From Eutreptiella sp. 'Long Island Sound 2002' (taxonomy: Eukaryota; Protista; Euglenida), in assembly GCA_964036045.1 (NCBI GenBank), contig OZ038378.1:2790001-2854000 (forward strand): 64,000 nucleotides of DNA, given 5' to 3'. The notes beneath the pieces were generated by a model. That model was not told the origin of the DNA. It was given only the letters and a program-made list of their open reading frames with translations, and ran no database searches. The first letter of the stretch is position 1, and every line of letters starts with the position of its first letter. This document shows positions 13,360 to 24,353 of the stretch, one piece after another. The position numbers were made by a program, and so were the translations under genes.

Positions 13360-14600
13360 GAATGAAACACACTGAGGTTGCCTTGTTGTTAGATGCTGGC
13401 ATACCTAAGGGTGCAAAGACGGAGTCTCCAGTTGTTTTCCAACGAAATCTAGAGGAAGAATTGTTTTTAGGTGTGGGTGACATGGTCCTCTCAAATGAGA
13501 AAGACACGGTGGATCATCCGGGTGCAGCAGATGCAGATGCACAGCTATATCTTGAAATCGTCCAAGTGGTTTGTAAGGCGTAAAGTATTGATTGGGCTAT
13601 ACTTGAGCCCCGCATTGTGACCATTGTTTCCGGCGGTGCAGCTGTCATGCGTGCATTCATTGAGCCGCTCAACGTCCGGCGTCGTAAAACGGGTCATACA
13701 CAAGGGGAATGGGTCAAAGATACGGCCCATGCTATGATGCAGGCCATTTCCACACGTCAAGCACAAGTCCAAGTGTTATTTGATGCCCTTCACACTCCGC
13801 GTTGAGCGTTGGAGACCCCCGATACTGCAAGGGTAATGTAGCTACTTTGCCCACCATGTTGTATCCCTTATGTGTTGTTTCCACCGAACCAATTTGAAGT
13901 GCGTGCGTGGTTTATGGCGCCACGGCGGGAAGCGTTGCTTCTCCAAGCGCACAGGTGTTCGGTGAAGCCATGCACCACGAACTTGACGTGGTGCTACAGA
14001 ACCTCCTTGCTGTGGTAGGGCACTTGCCGGAGTATATTCGAGCATATTGAGCAGGAGAGCAATGGAAAATTAAAAGCCTGTGAGTCGGGTTGTGATTCAA
14101 CACCCCTTGTTGAAACTAAATGTACCATTCTTTTGCGATGCATCTCGTATTGTGTTTGGCAATAGTAAATTGGTGCAAACCAGTAGTGGGGCTACAATTG
14201 GCGCATCGCGTGGTGTAGTGAATGTGATGTGCACACAATTTTGTTTTCTTGTGGATAATGTTCTCCCTAGTTGGGAGTGTTGCCTTGAATTGGATGTGGC
14301 ATGTAGCCCAATCCAAGGGAGCCGCGCTCTTTTTCTGTAAACCTTGTGCATGATATGCATTTGTCTTTCAGTCGTGAATCATGGGTTGGTGAACATGAAT
14401 TGCCGAGTTGGGTTGAGGCCTCGTCCAACACTTGTGAATGGGCTTTCGGCGATGTTATGGCAACATATTTCGAGCTCAGGCAATACATAGAGAAGATGTG
14501 TGAAGCTGTGTTGATTTGTTGCAATGGTGCCGCACCAAAGTGTTGGTGTCTGCATGATGTTTTTGATGCCCTTTGCGGTGCACCCTTTAGGCCCTAAAAT
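13360..14600 (+). pseudogene. hAT-superfamily transposase relic
   Basis: Fragments read IVTIVSGGAAVMRA (cf. VTDxAxNM), CFHRTNLK (cf. CxxHxLNL) and EASSNTCEWAFG (cf. hAT dimerisation PAxSxxxERxFS). Multiple stops and a satellite monomer interrupt it. Confidence 0.45.
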
Positions 14601-16602
14601 TGGAAGCACGGGGATGCTATTGACCTAGAGGATGGCACTTTGGTGGGGTTCAATGTATATAAAGCTTTGGCCTTGCCTACTTGCAGCTCTAGAGCTGCTC
14701 CTGTACCTGTTGATGTTCGGGACTTGTGGGTTGCACCTCAAGCAGCGACCCCGTCAACACAGCTTGAAGATATGTGTGGGTTCCATGAGGAATGCTCGGA
14801 TAGTGAGGCCAGGGAAGAGCTGTTGCAAGTGGTTGCAATGAACTCTGCTGGTACTCCTCCCCATGTCCTTGCCCCTTCTCAAGTGAGTGAGGCTCGAGGG
14901 GTTAGCGCCATGCGGTCCAAGTACAATTTTGATGGTGTCATTTTGAAGGCTTTGCAAGGTAATACCCTTCATGAGTGTGCATGAGTTTAAGGCAGTTTGT
15001 AGGAAGTATGATTTGCTGGGGCATGTTAACAAGGCCTACTTGTTCGAAAGTGTGAAAGGACACTTTCGGCAGTGTTACATCAATGAAGGATGATTGTTGG
15101 TAACTGCCAAACATTTTTCAATACTGTTTTTGTCGTCTTGTGTCTTGCTTGTGAAATGTATGCATGAACTTGAGGCAAACATTTTGGCAGATGTGGTATG
15201 AAATGGTTTCATGTAAGGTGGCAATGAAATTGAGCAATCAAGGGGGTTGTTTGCAAAGAGGAGGGGTAGAAACAAGATCATAAAATGTCGAAAAAACCAA
15301 ACACATGGAGAATGGCACAAAGAAGTCAAGAATGTAAGTTTAGAGGCAGTGATATTAGTGAAGTAGAGAAGGTTCGATGACCATGAAGCAGAGAGCGTCC
15401 CGTGAATGTTTGTTTCCGTCGGCATTATCAAGGCCTTTTGGTCTCAAGGACACCCCTGACTGTGGGATGTATGGTTGCGCAAACGCAGGCTTGTCCAAGC
15501 ACCACAACCCTTTTGCCCCTTGAACCAGAACCTGGCCGTGTTAGCACAAGAGGGGAGGGGGGGGCAGGCACAGCATATCCATGGTATAGTGTCCACGACA
15601 TAGTGTCCATGGTAAAGCGTGTGCATGATGTAGGGTCCACGGTATAGTATGCCCATCTCGTCTGTCCGTGATATATTGTCCATGATTTGCTCAGTTGGGA
15701 CCAGGCTAAGGGGATCCAGGCTCCACTGCACCTGCCCTGTGGCAATTTATCCCTGCCCATTGAACAACTGTACCCATACTGTAGCGTGTATCTTGTGTTG
15801 TGCTGATTCCATTGGATCCCAAATGGAAACGCTTCCAATTAGCACGTGCCATGAAATGAAAACTTCGGATTTGCCTGTTTATTGTTTTGAGACCCTGGCA
15901 TGTCAGAAGTTGCATGGCTTTTCCATACCACTTTGCAGCAAAGTGGGCCGAAAAGGGAGGCTTATTTGAGGGTTGGCCGTGCACAGTGCTTGCGCAGTCT
16001 CCAACAGCACATGCATGGTGCATAACCACCTGCCCACCCCAAACGTTTGCTTTGGGGACTGTGCACCATGGGGATGGTGGGTCAAGTTCCGTTCAGTTCC
16101 AGACCCCAACCCCCGCGGCGTTAGGGTGGTGTCAAGAGTCCTTGTGGGTCCTCCTTCGGTGGGTCAGGGGGGGGGGGGTCCGGCCCTCCCCATTCCACCC
16201 CCCCTCCCCTCGGGGCTGTGGATCAGTCTGGGGTGTGGTCAGGACCATGCTGGCTATGCCAAAGCCTGACATTGTGGCCTCTGGGCTGTGCACACACCGT
16301 GGACTATGGATGTGCATGGAACAGGGGCCACAGAAAGGAGTTTCCCAGAGCACGATTTGAAATGGATGAATGGTCTTCAAAACAGGGGTGTCCTCCACCT
16401 CCGCCTCGGGCCATTGCTCAATGATAACAGCAAAGAGCGGGCGGGGAGGTCTGTTTAATCATCGCTCACTTGCTGCAACTACTGATATGGTGCTGCAAGA
16501 GCAAGGAGACGACCAAGCATTGCCACAATGGTCATGCTTGCCTTTTGGCTGTTCGTCCTGCCCGCGTCACTGTAAAGCGCACATTTCTCATTTGGTTCGC
16601 AG

Positions 16603-17769
16603 GCGGTGGGTTCTAAAGTTCTTGGGAGCCGAACGGAAAGAAACTGCTGGAAGTTCTACGTCAAGCTGCTACAGTCGGGCATCAAGCGGTTTGTGTTCTG
16701 GCCGGACATTGCGTCCCTCCGAGACTGGGCTTCTGTCGTTTTGGACCCCCAAAACACGAAGAGCCGCAGTGTTTCAGCTGAGCCGCCTACCCAGGGGCAA
16801 GGGCCAGCAGCAGACAGCACAACGACAGAGGCGGGTGCCTGTCCGCATTGGGAGCGAGCCCGATTCGAATCAGGGCTGATGCATGAACGACAGGAGTCAG
16901 GCCTGGTCACTGTGGACTGCCTTCCAGAAACTCTATGCGTCGAGCCACTGGAAAGTCCAGCAGCGCCTCCATTGTGGCCTGGCGAAGCTATAGCTTCCTC
17001 TCCCTCTGCTGTGTCTCCCTTTGTCTATCCCTCTACTCTGCCATCCGTGGACCATCCGTCACCCGTGGCAGAATCCATTGCATCAGCGCCGTTTCTTGCG
17101 GCTCCGGTGTCCACCACAACTTCCGCGCCCTCCCTTGTCATGCCCATGCCCAGACAATCTTCTGGAGTCCCTGCGACACGCGCATCTCTCGGCAGTGTCT
17201 TCAGCCACAGTACCGATGTAACCAATCCAGCCCGCAGTGCAGCCACTTTGGCCCCTTCTCCATCCGCCATTACGCCTTCATCTTTCCGCAACCGCTTCCC
17301 TGTTAAAATCAACATGGTATTAAAACACAAGAGCCTCACCACCCGCCCCGGCAGCCCCACTAACCGCCCCGGCAGCCCCACTAACCGCCCCGGCAGCCCC
17401 ACTAACCGCCCCGGCAGCCCTACTAACCGGCCCGGCAGCCCTACTAACCGCCCCGGCAGCCCTACTAACCGCCCCGGCAGCCTTGCAAACCGCCCTGGCA
17501 ACCGCACCACTCGGCCCGGCAGCCCTGGTAACCGCTGCTCCACCAGCAGCCCCACCTTGGACCCTGCACCACAACACACTGGCAATACAGTACGTGTCTG
17601 TCGTGGCCTCAACACGCATCATCGGTACGCGTCAGTGACTTCCGTTGACGAGGGATGCTCCGGTCCGGTAAATCTTCGACGACCTGGTGCACTTCCGAGA
17701 TCCCCAAAGAAGCTCAAAGAGGCAGCATCGACCAGCAATTTTGAGCTCTGCGGCATGGCCGTGGCATAA
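16603..17769 (+). CDS. Ser/Pro/Thr-rich, largely disordered protein or terminal exon with RPGSPTN heptad repeats
   Basis: About 388 open codons. A pyrimidine-rich tract plus CAG (ends 16602) precedes the frame in phase 0, suggesting an exon start. No N-terminal ATG and no recognisable domain. Confidence 0.45.
   Translation, partial: AVGSKVLGSRTERNCWKFYVKLLQSGIKRFVFWPDIASLRDWASVVLDPQNTKSRSVSAEPPTQGQGPAADSTTTEAGACPHWERARFESGLMHERQESGLVTVDCLPETLCVEPLESPAAPPLWPGEAIASSPSAVSPFVYPSTLPSVDHPSPVAESIASAPFLAAPVSTTTSAPSLVMPMPRQSSGVPATRASLGSVFSHSTDVTNPARSAATLAPSPSAITPSSFRNRFPVKINMVLKHKSLTTRPGSPTNRPGSPTNRPGSPTNRPGSPTNRPGSPTNRPGSPTNRPGSLANRPGNRTTRPGSPGNRCSTSSPTLDPAPQHTGNTVRVCRGLNTHHRYASVTSVDEGCSGPVNLRRPGALPRSPKKLKEAASTSNFELCGMAVA
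17344..17532 (+). repeat. 21-bp tandem repeat (CGCCCCGGCAGCCCYACTAAC) x ~9
   Basis: Directly visible; in frame as RPGSPTN. Confidence 0.95.
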
Positions 17770-18787
17770 CCACTGCTTGTGGATGTGTGCGTGCAGTTGA
17801 GAGTTGATGGGAGATTCCACTCTACCCCCTGCCCAAACGACAAACAGCACACCGGGACCCCGACGAATGGGAGATCCAGATTCACTAACTCCAACTCCTA
17901 CAGGGAAACCATGGGGGAACAGTCTTGAGATGCTTTCTGTATGTTCACCCAGGCTCTGCCAAAACCTGTACTTGTTCTGAACCTGCCCATTGCGGCTCAC
18001 GGCACTTTCCTGTTGCAAGGAACAAGCACAACCCACCGGCCATCTAGCCCTTCTACCAGCAATGCCCACCAGCGTGTAGACGGCGACTTATCCAAACAGC
18101 ATGAGGCACCGGTTGGCCTCGGGGCCATCACAGGTCAGAAGCATCATTCAATGACACATTCAATTGCAATCATGGTTTTGACTGCAAGTGATTAAAGGTG
18201 CGCCCTTACTTCATGAATGATTGGTATCACATCTTCCAAGTTCAGTTCTTTCATGGTGGCATTTTTTTGTCAAAGTTGGGGGTCTGGATCCCCAACAAAT
18301 GCTACCTCCCCATTGGACAAGCACTACGTTGTGGTGACACTCCTATCTTGTGCCCCTCGCTCCCCCGCCATCTTGGATCAAGCACTGCTGCACTGCATTA
18401 CCGTCCTACACTGCACCCCCAGCAGATTGCAGTGTAGGATTCCCAGTACTGCTGCCCGCAGAAGGGTTTGGTGGACTGATTGCAGCCTCACACTTACTGC
18501 TTGCCGTGGCACAACCACAGTGCGCCGGGGACTGTCCCAGGGCCCGAGTGTAGGAAGAAGGAGCAAGCAGTACAGTCGTCGTTCAGGTCACAATCCAGAG
18601 TCCATCCTGTATTGCCTGAGCTGATGCTTCTGGAAGCCAGTGTGGTCACCGCACTTCTCACTGCCAGGCTTCTCTTTGACGCAACACAGCCACAGCCACG
18701 GGAAACTGTTTGCCTATCTCCCAGTTTGATCATCGTCCGTGGCACCAGCTGCACTTGATGTCATACCCCCCCCCCCCCTTTCTCCTA

Positions 18788-19099
18788 GCTACGCCCTTGT
18801 CCAAGCTACAGTAGGCGTAGGGACCGTATTAATTTGGGACCTAATTTAATTCGGTACCAAATGTAGTGCAGCCACATAAGACATGGGTTTGGTGCCGAAT
18901 TTGCCAGCTACATAGGGTCATGGACACATTTGTTGTGAGTGTTTGCCCACTTGAACCCACATAGCTCTGATTTTGGGGATTTCTGCACCATATCCCCCCA
19001 TGCGCTCACTCACGTGTGTGCCGGTAGTTGTATGTGTCGCGCGCAAGCTACGCCCTTGTCCAAGCTACAGTAGGCGTAGGGACCGTATTAATTTGGGAC
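18788..19099. mobile_element. Unclassified element bounded by identical 53-bp direct repeats (family A)
   Basis: GCTACGCCCTTGTCCAAGCTACAGTAGGCGTAGGGACCGTATTAATTTGGGAC at 18788-18840 and 19047-19099; preceded by a poly-C run. Confidence 0.75.
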
Positions 19100-19767
19100 T
19101 TTCGCGTAGCTAGGGTAAGGGGGGCACGTCACACCATCCCCCGCCTGGTGCAAGCACGGCGTTGTCCCAGGCCGGTGATTCCATCTTACTGTCATTGTTG
19201 TCGCACTGCGGTTTTTGGTCCCAGATGCAAGAATGCATGTCTGTGAGCTTATTGCAGTGGGCAAGAGGATTTGGATAATGCTTGTGATAGTTGACTCTGG
19301 TCCTGACACTGCAGCCCACTTTTTGTTTCAAGGAGCTTTCCAACGATGGTCAATGTTGCGGTGCCCAGTAAGGCTGTCGCATACCCCCCCCCCCCCCCCT
19401 TGTAATAGCTACGCCCTTGTCAGAACCAATATAAATTGCAGAAGTTACAAAGAAGAGCCCATGGGTGAGCAGTTTGAGTGAAGCCTGCTGCATAGTTGCC
19501 CTTTTGGTCGGCCACCTCATTTACCTAGGCTGTCATTTGGATGATGACAGATCAGTTAAACCAATTTGCTGGTTTCCAAATTTTGGTCATGAACAATCAT
19601 GCCATTTCTGTGTCAATAGCAGTCTGTATACTATCAAGGATTGTTTCGTTTAATGCGCAGGGTTGCCCTCGTAACAGACAGAATTTTCTAATATGCTGAT
19701 GATGCAGTGTCGATGATATTGTTTCTTTTGAGCACAGTATTACTTTGAAGGAAGCAATTGTGCAATA

Positions 19768-20443
19768 GCTACGCCCTTGTCCAAGCTACAATAGGCGTAG
19801 GGACTGTATTAATTTGGTACTTAATTTTAATTCGGTACAAATGTAGTGCAGCCGCATAACACATGGGTTTGGTGACTGATTCTGATTCGGGGACGGACAT
19901 CGATGAGGATAAACCCATTTCTGACCTCTCTTCCTCAAGTGATGATTCTAGCGACTCCGGTGATGATCCCAATGAAGTTATTTGGGCTAAGGCTGCCTGA
20001 GGTGCGTGGGGAATGGCCCATGTCTTTGATGGGAAGTTGTACTTTACAAGAGACCACATGCAAGGCAATTTCATTCCCAAGAATTTGAAGTTGCCCGAGC
20101 CAACACCAGCCCCTAAACCCCGGGCAAAGGCATTTTCAAAGGCATCTTCAAGTGGTGAGCATGTGCAGTTGTGCCGCATGGTATATGATCGCAAGAAGGG
20201 TTTCCAATCCAAACATTTGTAGGCTTCTCATGCCTCATTGCTTGCAGGAACATGGGCATGAACCTGAAAATTCATGTCCCAAACACTTTCTTGTGTTTCA
20301 ATGCCTATGGGAACGTGGGCGGAGGTTAAGGTGCACTCATACCATGCACTCACTCACGTGTGTGTCGGTAGTTGTATGTGTCGTGCACAAGCCACGCCCT
20401 TGTCTAAGCTACAGTAGGCGTAGGGACCGTATTAATTCCGTAC
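19768..20443. mobile_element. Family A direct-repeat element with longer interior
   Basis: Same terminal repeat at 19768-19820 and 20391-20443. Interior begins and ends like the 18788 copy but has ~400 bp of extra coding-like sequence. Confidence 0.7.
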
Positions 20444-20723
20444 TTTGGCATAGCTATTACAAAGGGGGGGGGGTGTACACCCAATTCAGCACTGGTGACC
20501 ATGGATTTGGTCGTTCTGCTCATGGGGATCCATAAATTTGTCTGAACTACACGCGGAAGCGGCACGAGATGGTACACGATGCTGCATTCGATGGTGTCTT
20601 GTCCACCATCTGCAGCCCTGCCCCACCTACATCGGCTTCTCAGACATCTCCAACCCAAAGCCATTCCCAGCCCTGCCAAAGCAGCTTGGAAGCCTGCCAC
20701 AAAAGGCAAGCATTTGCAATTAT

Positions 20724-20775
20724 TTGATATGATAGATATGATATATGATATGATATGATATGATATGACATGACA
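20724..20775. repeat. (GATAT)n microsatellite
   Basis: Directly visible tandem GATAT units. Confidence 0.9.
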
Positions 20776-23557
20776 GATATGGTGCAAGGCTGCAAAGGGC
20801 CCCTGACGCCACTTTATCTGGTTGATCTAGGGGCAGTAGGCAGCTGGTGCCATGTGTCCATGACTGAGCTGTGTCCACGGGAGCGGAGTTACGGTGAGGG
20901 AGTGGGCAAAAGGACAGGCCCAGATTGTGATTGTAATTTTTCGTAATTATCGTAATGGTCATGGGTTTCATAAATCACCTGGAAGAGAGGTGGTTAGATC
21001 AAGCGCAGGTGGGGGCACTGTATACCGCCCTTTTTGGGGTCATTCGCGTAGCATACCCCAAGGTATGATATCGGATGTCCAACCTCTTGCAAAAAATCAT
21101 TTGGGATACCAAATGATCCCGATCCCGCAATGAATTTCTGTGTGTTGTGGACGCTGTGTGTCAATTTAGACCCAGGTCCTGAACACCTCTGCGGGTCCCC
21201 CCCCCCCCAAACCAATGGGTACTTGCCGCTGAGGACTTAGCCGTTTTCACGGTGGCATGTGTTTGATGAAAATCACCTCGCAGAGGTAACTTCGTCGTCC
21301 TTCACGACTTCCCCCACAACGTCCCTCGTCCCCCGTCTCTCTGTGAGGTCCCTTGTCGAAGGTTTTGCGCAAGTTTCCGCTTTTCCCTAATTTTTGTTCA
21401 GGTTCTCGAGAATGGAGCCACCCGCTGCACATCTCTGCCCTCTCATGCTCCCTGCTTCAACAAATTGGCTTCCAGCCGACTACTGTCCTGCACCCACCCC
21501 TGATGCATTGTAGAGTCGCATGGCTACCGTGTCTTATCGCACTGAGTTGACTTTGAAAGTAGTCCCCCAGGGTCCTGCTGCCTATGAAGTTGCCTTATCC
21601 AAAAACCACCACTCACCAAGCCCCGCAACGTGTGACGCCCCACTGCCGTCGCTCACGGTGATCCTCCTTCCGTTCTGGCAGTCTTACCTAGTCTTACCTG
21701 CTGCTGCAGTGTCCTTCAGTTGGGTTCGGCGTCATACACGGCGTCATTGCGGGCATGGACAGCTGTTGGCGCAGTTTTGGTAACCCCAGTGAATACTCTG
21801 TGACGTTTTTGAGGCAGTGTGGGTCCTCCTTCTGTGACGGCCGCGGTTGTCAGGCATATTTGGGTGATCCTGATACCGCTGCACATGAATGTGAATTGAG
21901 ACTCCCTTTTTCCTCCACACAGGTTGTTGATGTATGATCCCTTCAGTCCATGGCATGGACATACTGCTGCTGAGTCCCTCAGGGTACTGGGCTTGAGCTA
22001 TCAGCTGAAGCACAAACGAAAAATGCAAGTCACCTGCAATTGAGCCATGAGTGGCTCACCTACCTACTTCTGCAAGGCACATACCAGAAAAGCACAATGT
22101 GCACCACCAGAGCAATTAAGAGCCCCCGATAGATGTGCCATCACCCTCCTGACTCACAATCTACAGCAATAGGCAGTTCCCTTTCTCAACCTGCGTGAGC
22201 ACAATTTTGTCGAAGTTCGACAGGGACCTTGCAGATAATTCTCCGTCGACGTATTCACCCCATAAGGCAACAGCCACGCTGTATCTGTTGTATTTTTGTA
22301 TGCTTACAAGGGTGCCTCGCGCGCGGTGCGTGCGGTGCTATTTGCGCCCGACTGACCTACCACGATGATAACAATGAATGTTGCACCAAAGCAGTCAGTG
22401 TCGCCAGCATCCATGTGTGAGTTTGTGTAAAACGAGTGTTCGTGAGCGGTGCGAACAAATACTCATTAACAACATGTTGTGCAATATGCCATCTACAGAC
22501 CTGTTTTTCCGTTGAGCAACCCCGAACCACGGCCCCACCGACCCAACCCCCGTCTGCTTTCAAGCAGTATTCAGACTGTATTGCACTGTCCTATCGATCA
22601 GAAGTGATAGGGATTGGACATGCATTGACAATTTCAGTTCACCAGGCTTTGCATGTCATGCAGTGATTGCTGCAAACCACGTTTGCTGCACAACATGGAA
22701 GGAGTGTGTTGCTTGGGATGTATCGCCACAAAAATAGAAGCTCTCAGATCTGATTTATTTATTTTGCCAGAATTGCCTGTATCTCTATCTCCCCATATCC
22801 GGTGCAACAAGCCCCAGCATGCCCCAGCATGCTGCAGTGGCTGAACATGGGAGTCTGTTGGTAGGTTTTTGCAGCATGCCACAGCACGTCACAGTGGCCA
22901 AAAATTTCTTTGTGTGGTATGTGGATCCCAGAACTGATGCATTTGATGTGGGATTGTTTTTCAGTGGGGGTTTCTATGCAATTTCCCCTCTCACAGCCTT
23001 CTTGGTCCCACGCACGGTACCTCCCCCTCCGCAACACATCCCCTCCATTTCCCTGCTTGGTGGCAGACGCCTGTGGCAATGGCGAGGCACCGTGGACCCC
23101 AGGGCTGAGGATGCCAAGGCAACGCAGTCCACTTCAAGTTGCATTGGCAGAATCGGACCGCAGACGCCATGGGAGGGGGGGGCAGAGGCCTCGCATTCAT
23201 CTCACTTGTCTGATTGCTGACATGTCAAGCACTAACCACACCACACACAATTGCTCCTGGACATATTGTCATTTCTCTGCCAAGCCTCAATTTCTCGCCC
23301 ACACACCAATGCACAAATCTTCCTCCCATTACAAAACCACTCCCTACCTGCCCCTCTGTGCTCGTTCATGAAGCATTGCATTCTTGTGTTGGCGATGGGA
23401 ACAAATCTGCTCAGTGTCACTCGTGGGCTTTGGTCCACTCATGGTCTGCAGTGTGCAGTGCTGGCACATAGAAAGCAAAAATTAAAAAAACAACTACAAA
23501 TTTGGTTGCTTGGCATGAGGCATTTGCTAAAGGTTGCACGCGTGTAGGGGGGAACGT

Positions 23558-24353
23558 TAGCGCGCCGGGCGCGCGCCGGGCATCTTTTTGGACCCGTGCC
23601 CCACCGGTGACCTTTTAGGGGGTGCGCTAAGGGGGCGCACTTAGGACAATCTTTGAATCCACGCTTTGTTGCGTGGTGCATCATGGTGACCCCCGGCGTA
23701 GGTTTTGACTTCCGATTTTGTTCCCTTTGTTGGGGACCCCCGAGAATGCAGGGGTGATGTAGCATTTCCGCCCTCTTTTGGGCCCCAACCGTCCGGTGCT
23801 ATTGAGGAAACCGGGACAATCTTTGAATCCACGCTTTGTTGTGGCATTGGGGTTTGGTTAGGAACATCTGGCGTGGCGGCCCCAATGAGTTGCACCAGTC
23901 AGTCCGCATTTTGTTGCATTTCACTCAGTTTTGCATCCGGAGGCAAGTCCGTCACCCCCCCTACGGACCATGGGAGCATGTCCCGCCTCACGTTTGGACA
24001 GACCAAAGCAACTCGGCCGCCACGCAAGATGAGGCAGAGGATGAGGCGGAAGTGTGTGTTTTGTGTTGCCAAAGGCGCTCCACCGTCGCAGTTTGTGATG
24101 AGTGTAAGGAGCACTATTGTAATGAATGTATTGACACCCACACTTGTGGGACCAATGTTGTTTGTTAATTACACTACAAATGACAGTTGGAGTGGTTGAA
24201 GTCACGGATATTGCTTTATTTTGCCACGTGCTTTGTAGGGAAGGTGTGCAGTGCAATGTGGTTTACTTGGGGGGCTTCTCCATGGGAGGGTAAATCTGGG
24301 GCTGAAGTCGGGATAGCTAATACAAAAGTAGCGCGCCGGGCGCGCGCCGGGCA
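23558..24353. mobile_element. Unclassified element bounded by 25-bp direct repeats TAGCGCGCCGGGCGCGCGCCGGGCA (family B)
   Basis: Identical repeats at 23558-23582 and 24329-24353. Subterminal sequences match the copies at 30518 and 31655; the interior differs. Confidence 0.7.
23836..24168 (+). pseudogene. C-terminal fragment of a Cys-rich (B-box-like) protein family
   Basis: LWHW..VRN.W.G....LHQ....LLHFTQFCIRRQ is shared with 34028-34507; ends in CxxC..CxxC..CxxC..HxC. Confidence 0.45.

Noticed and set aside
16620-16715. KLLQSGIKRFVFWP resembling a dCMP/CDADC1-type deaminase strand
   Set aside because: No HxE or PCxxC zinc motif in frame.
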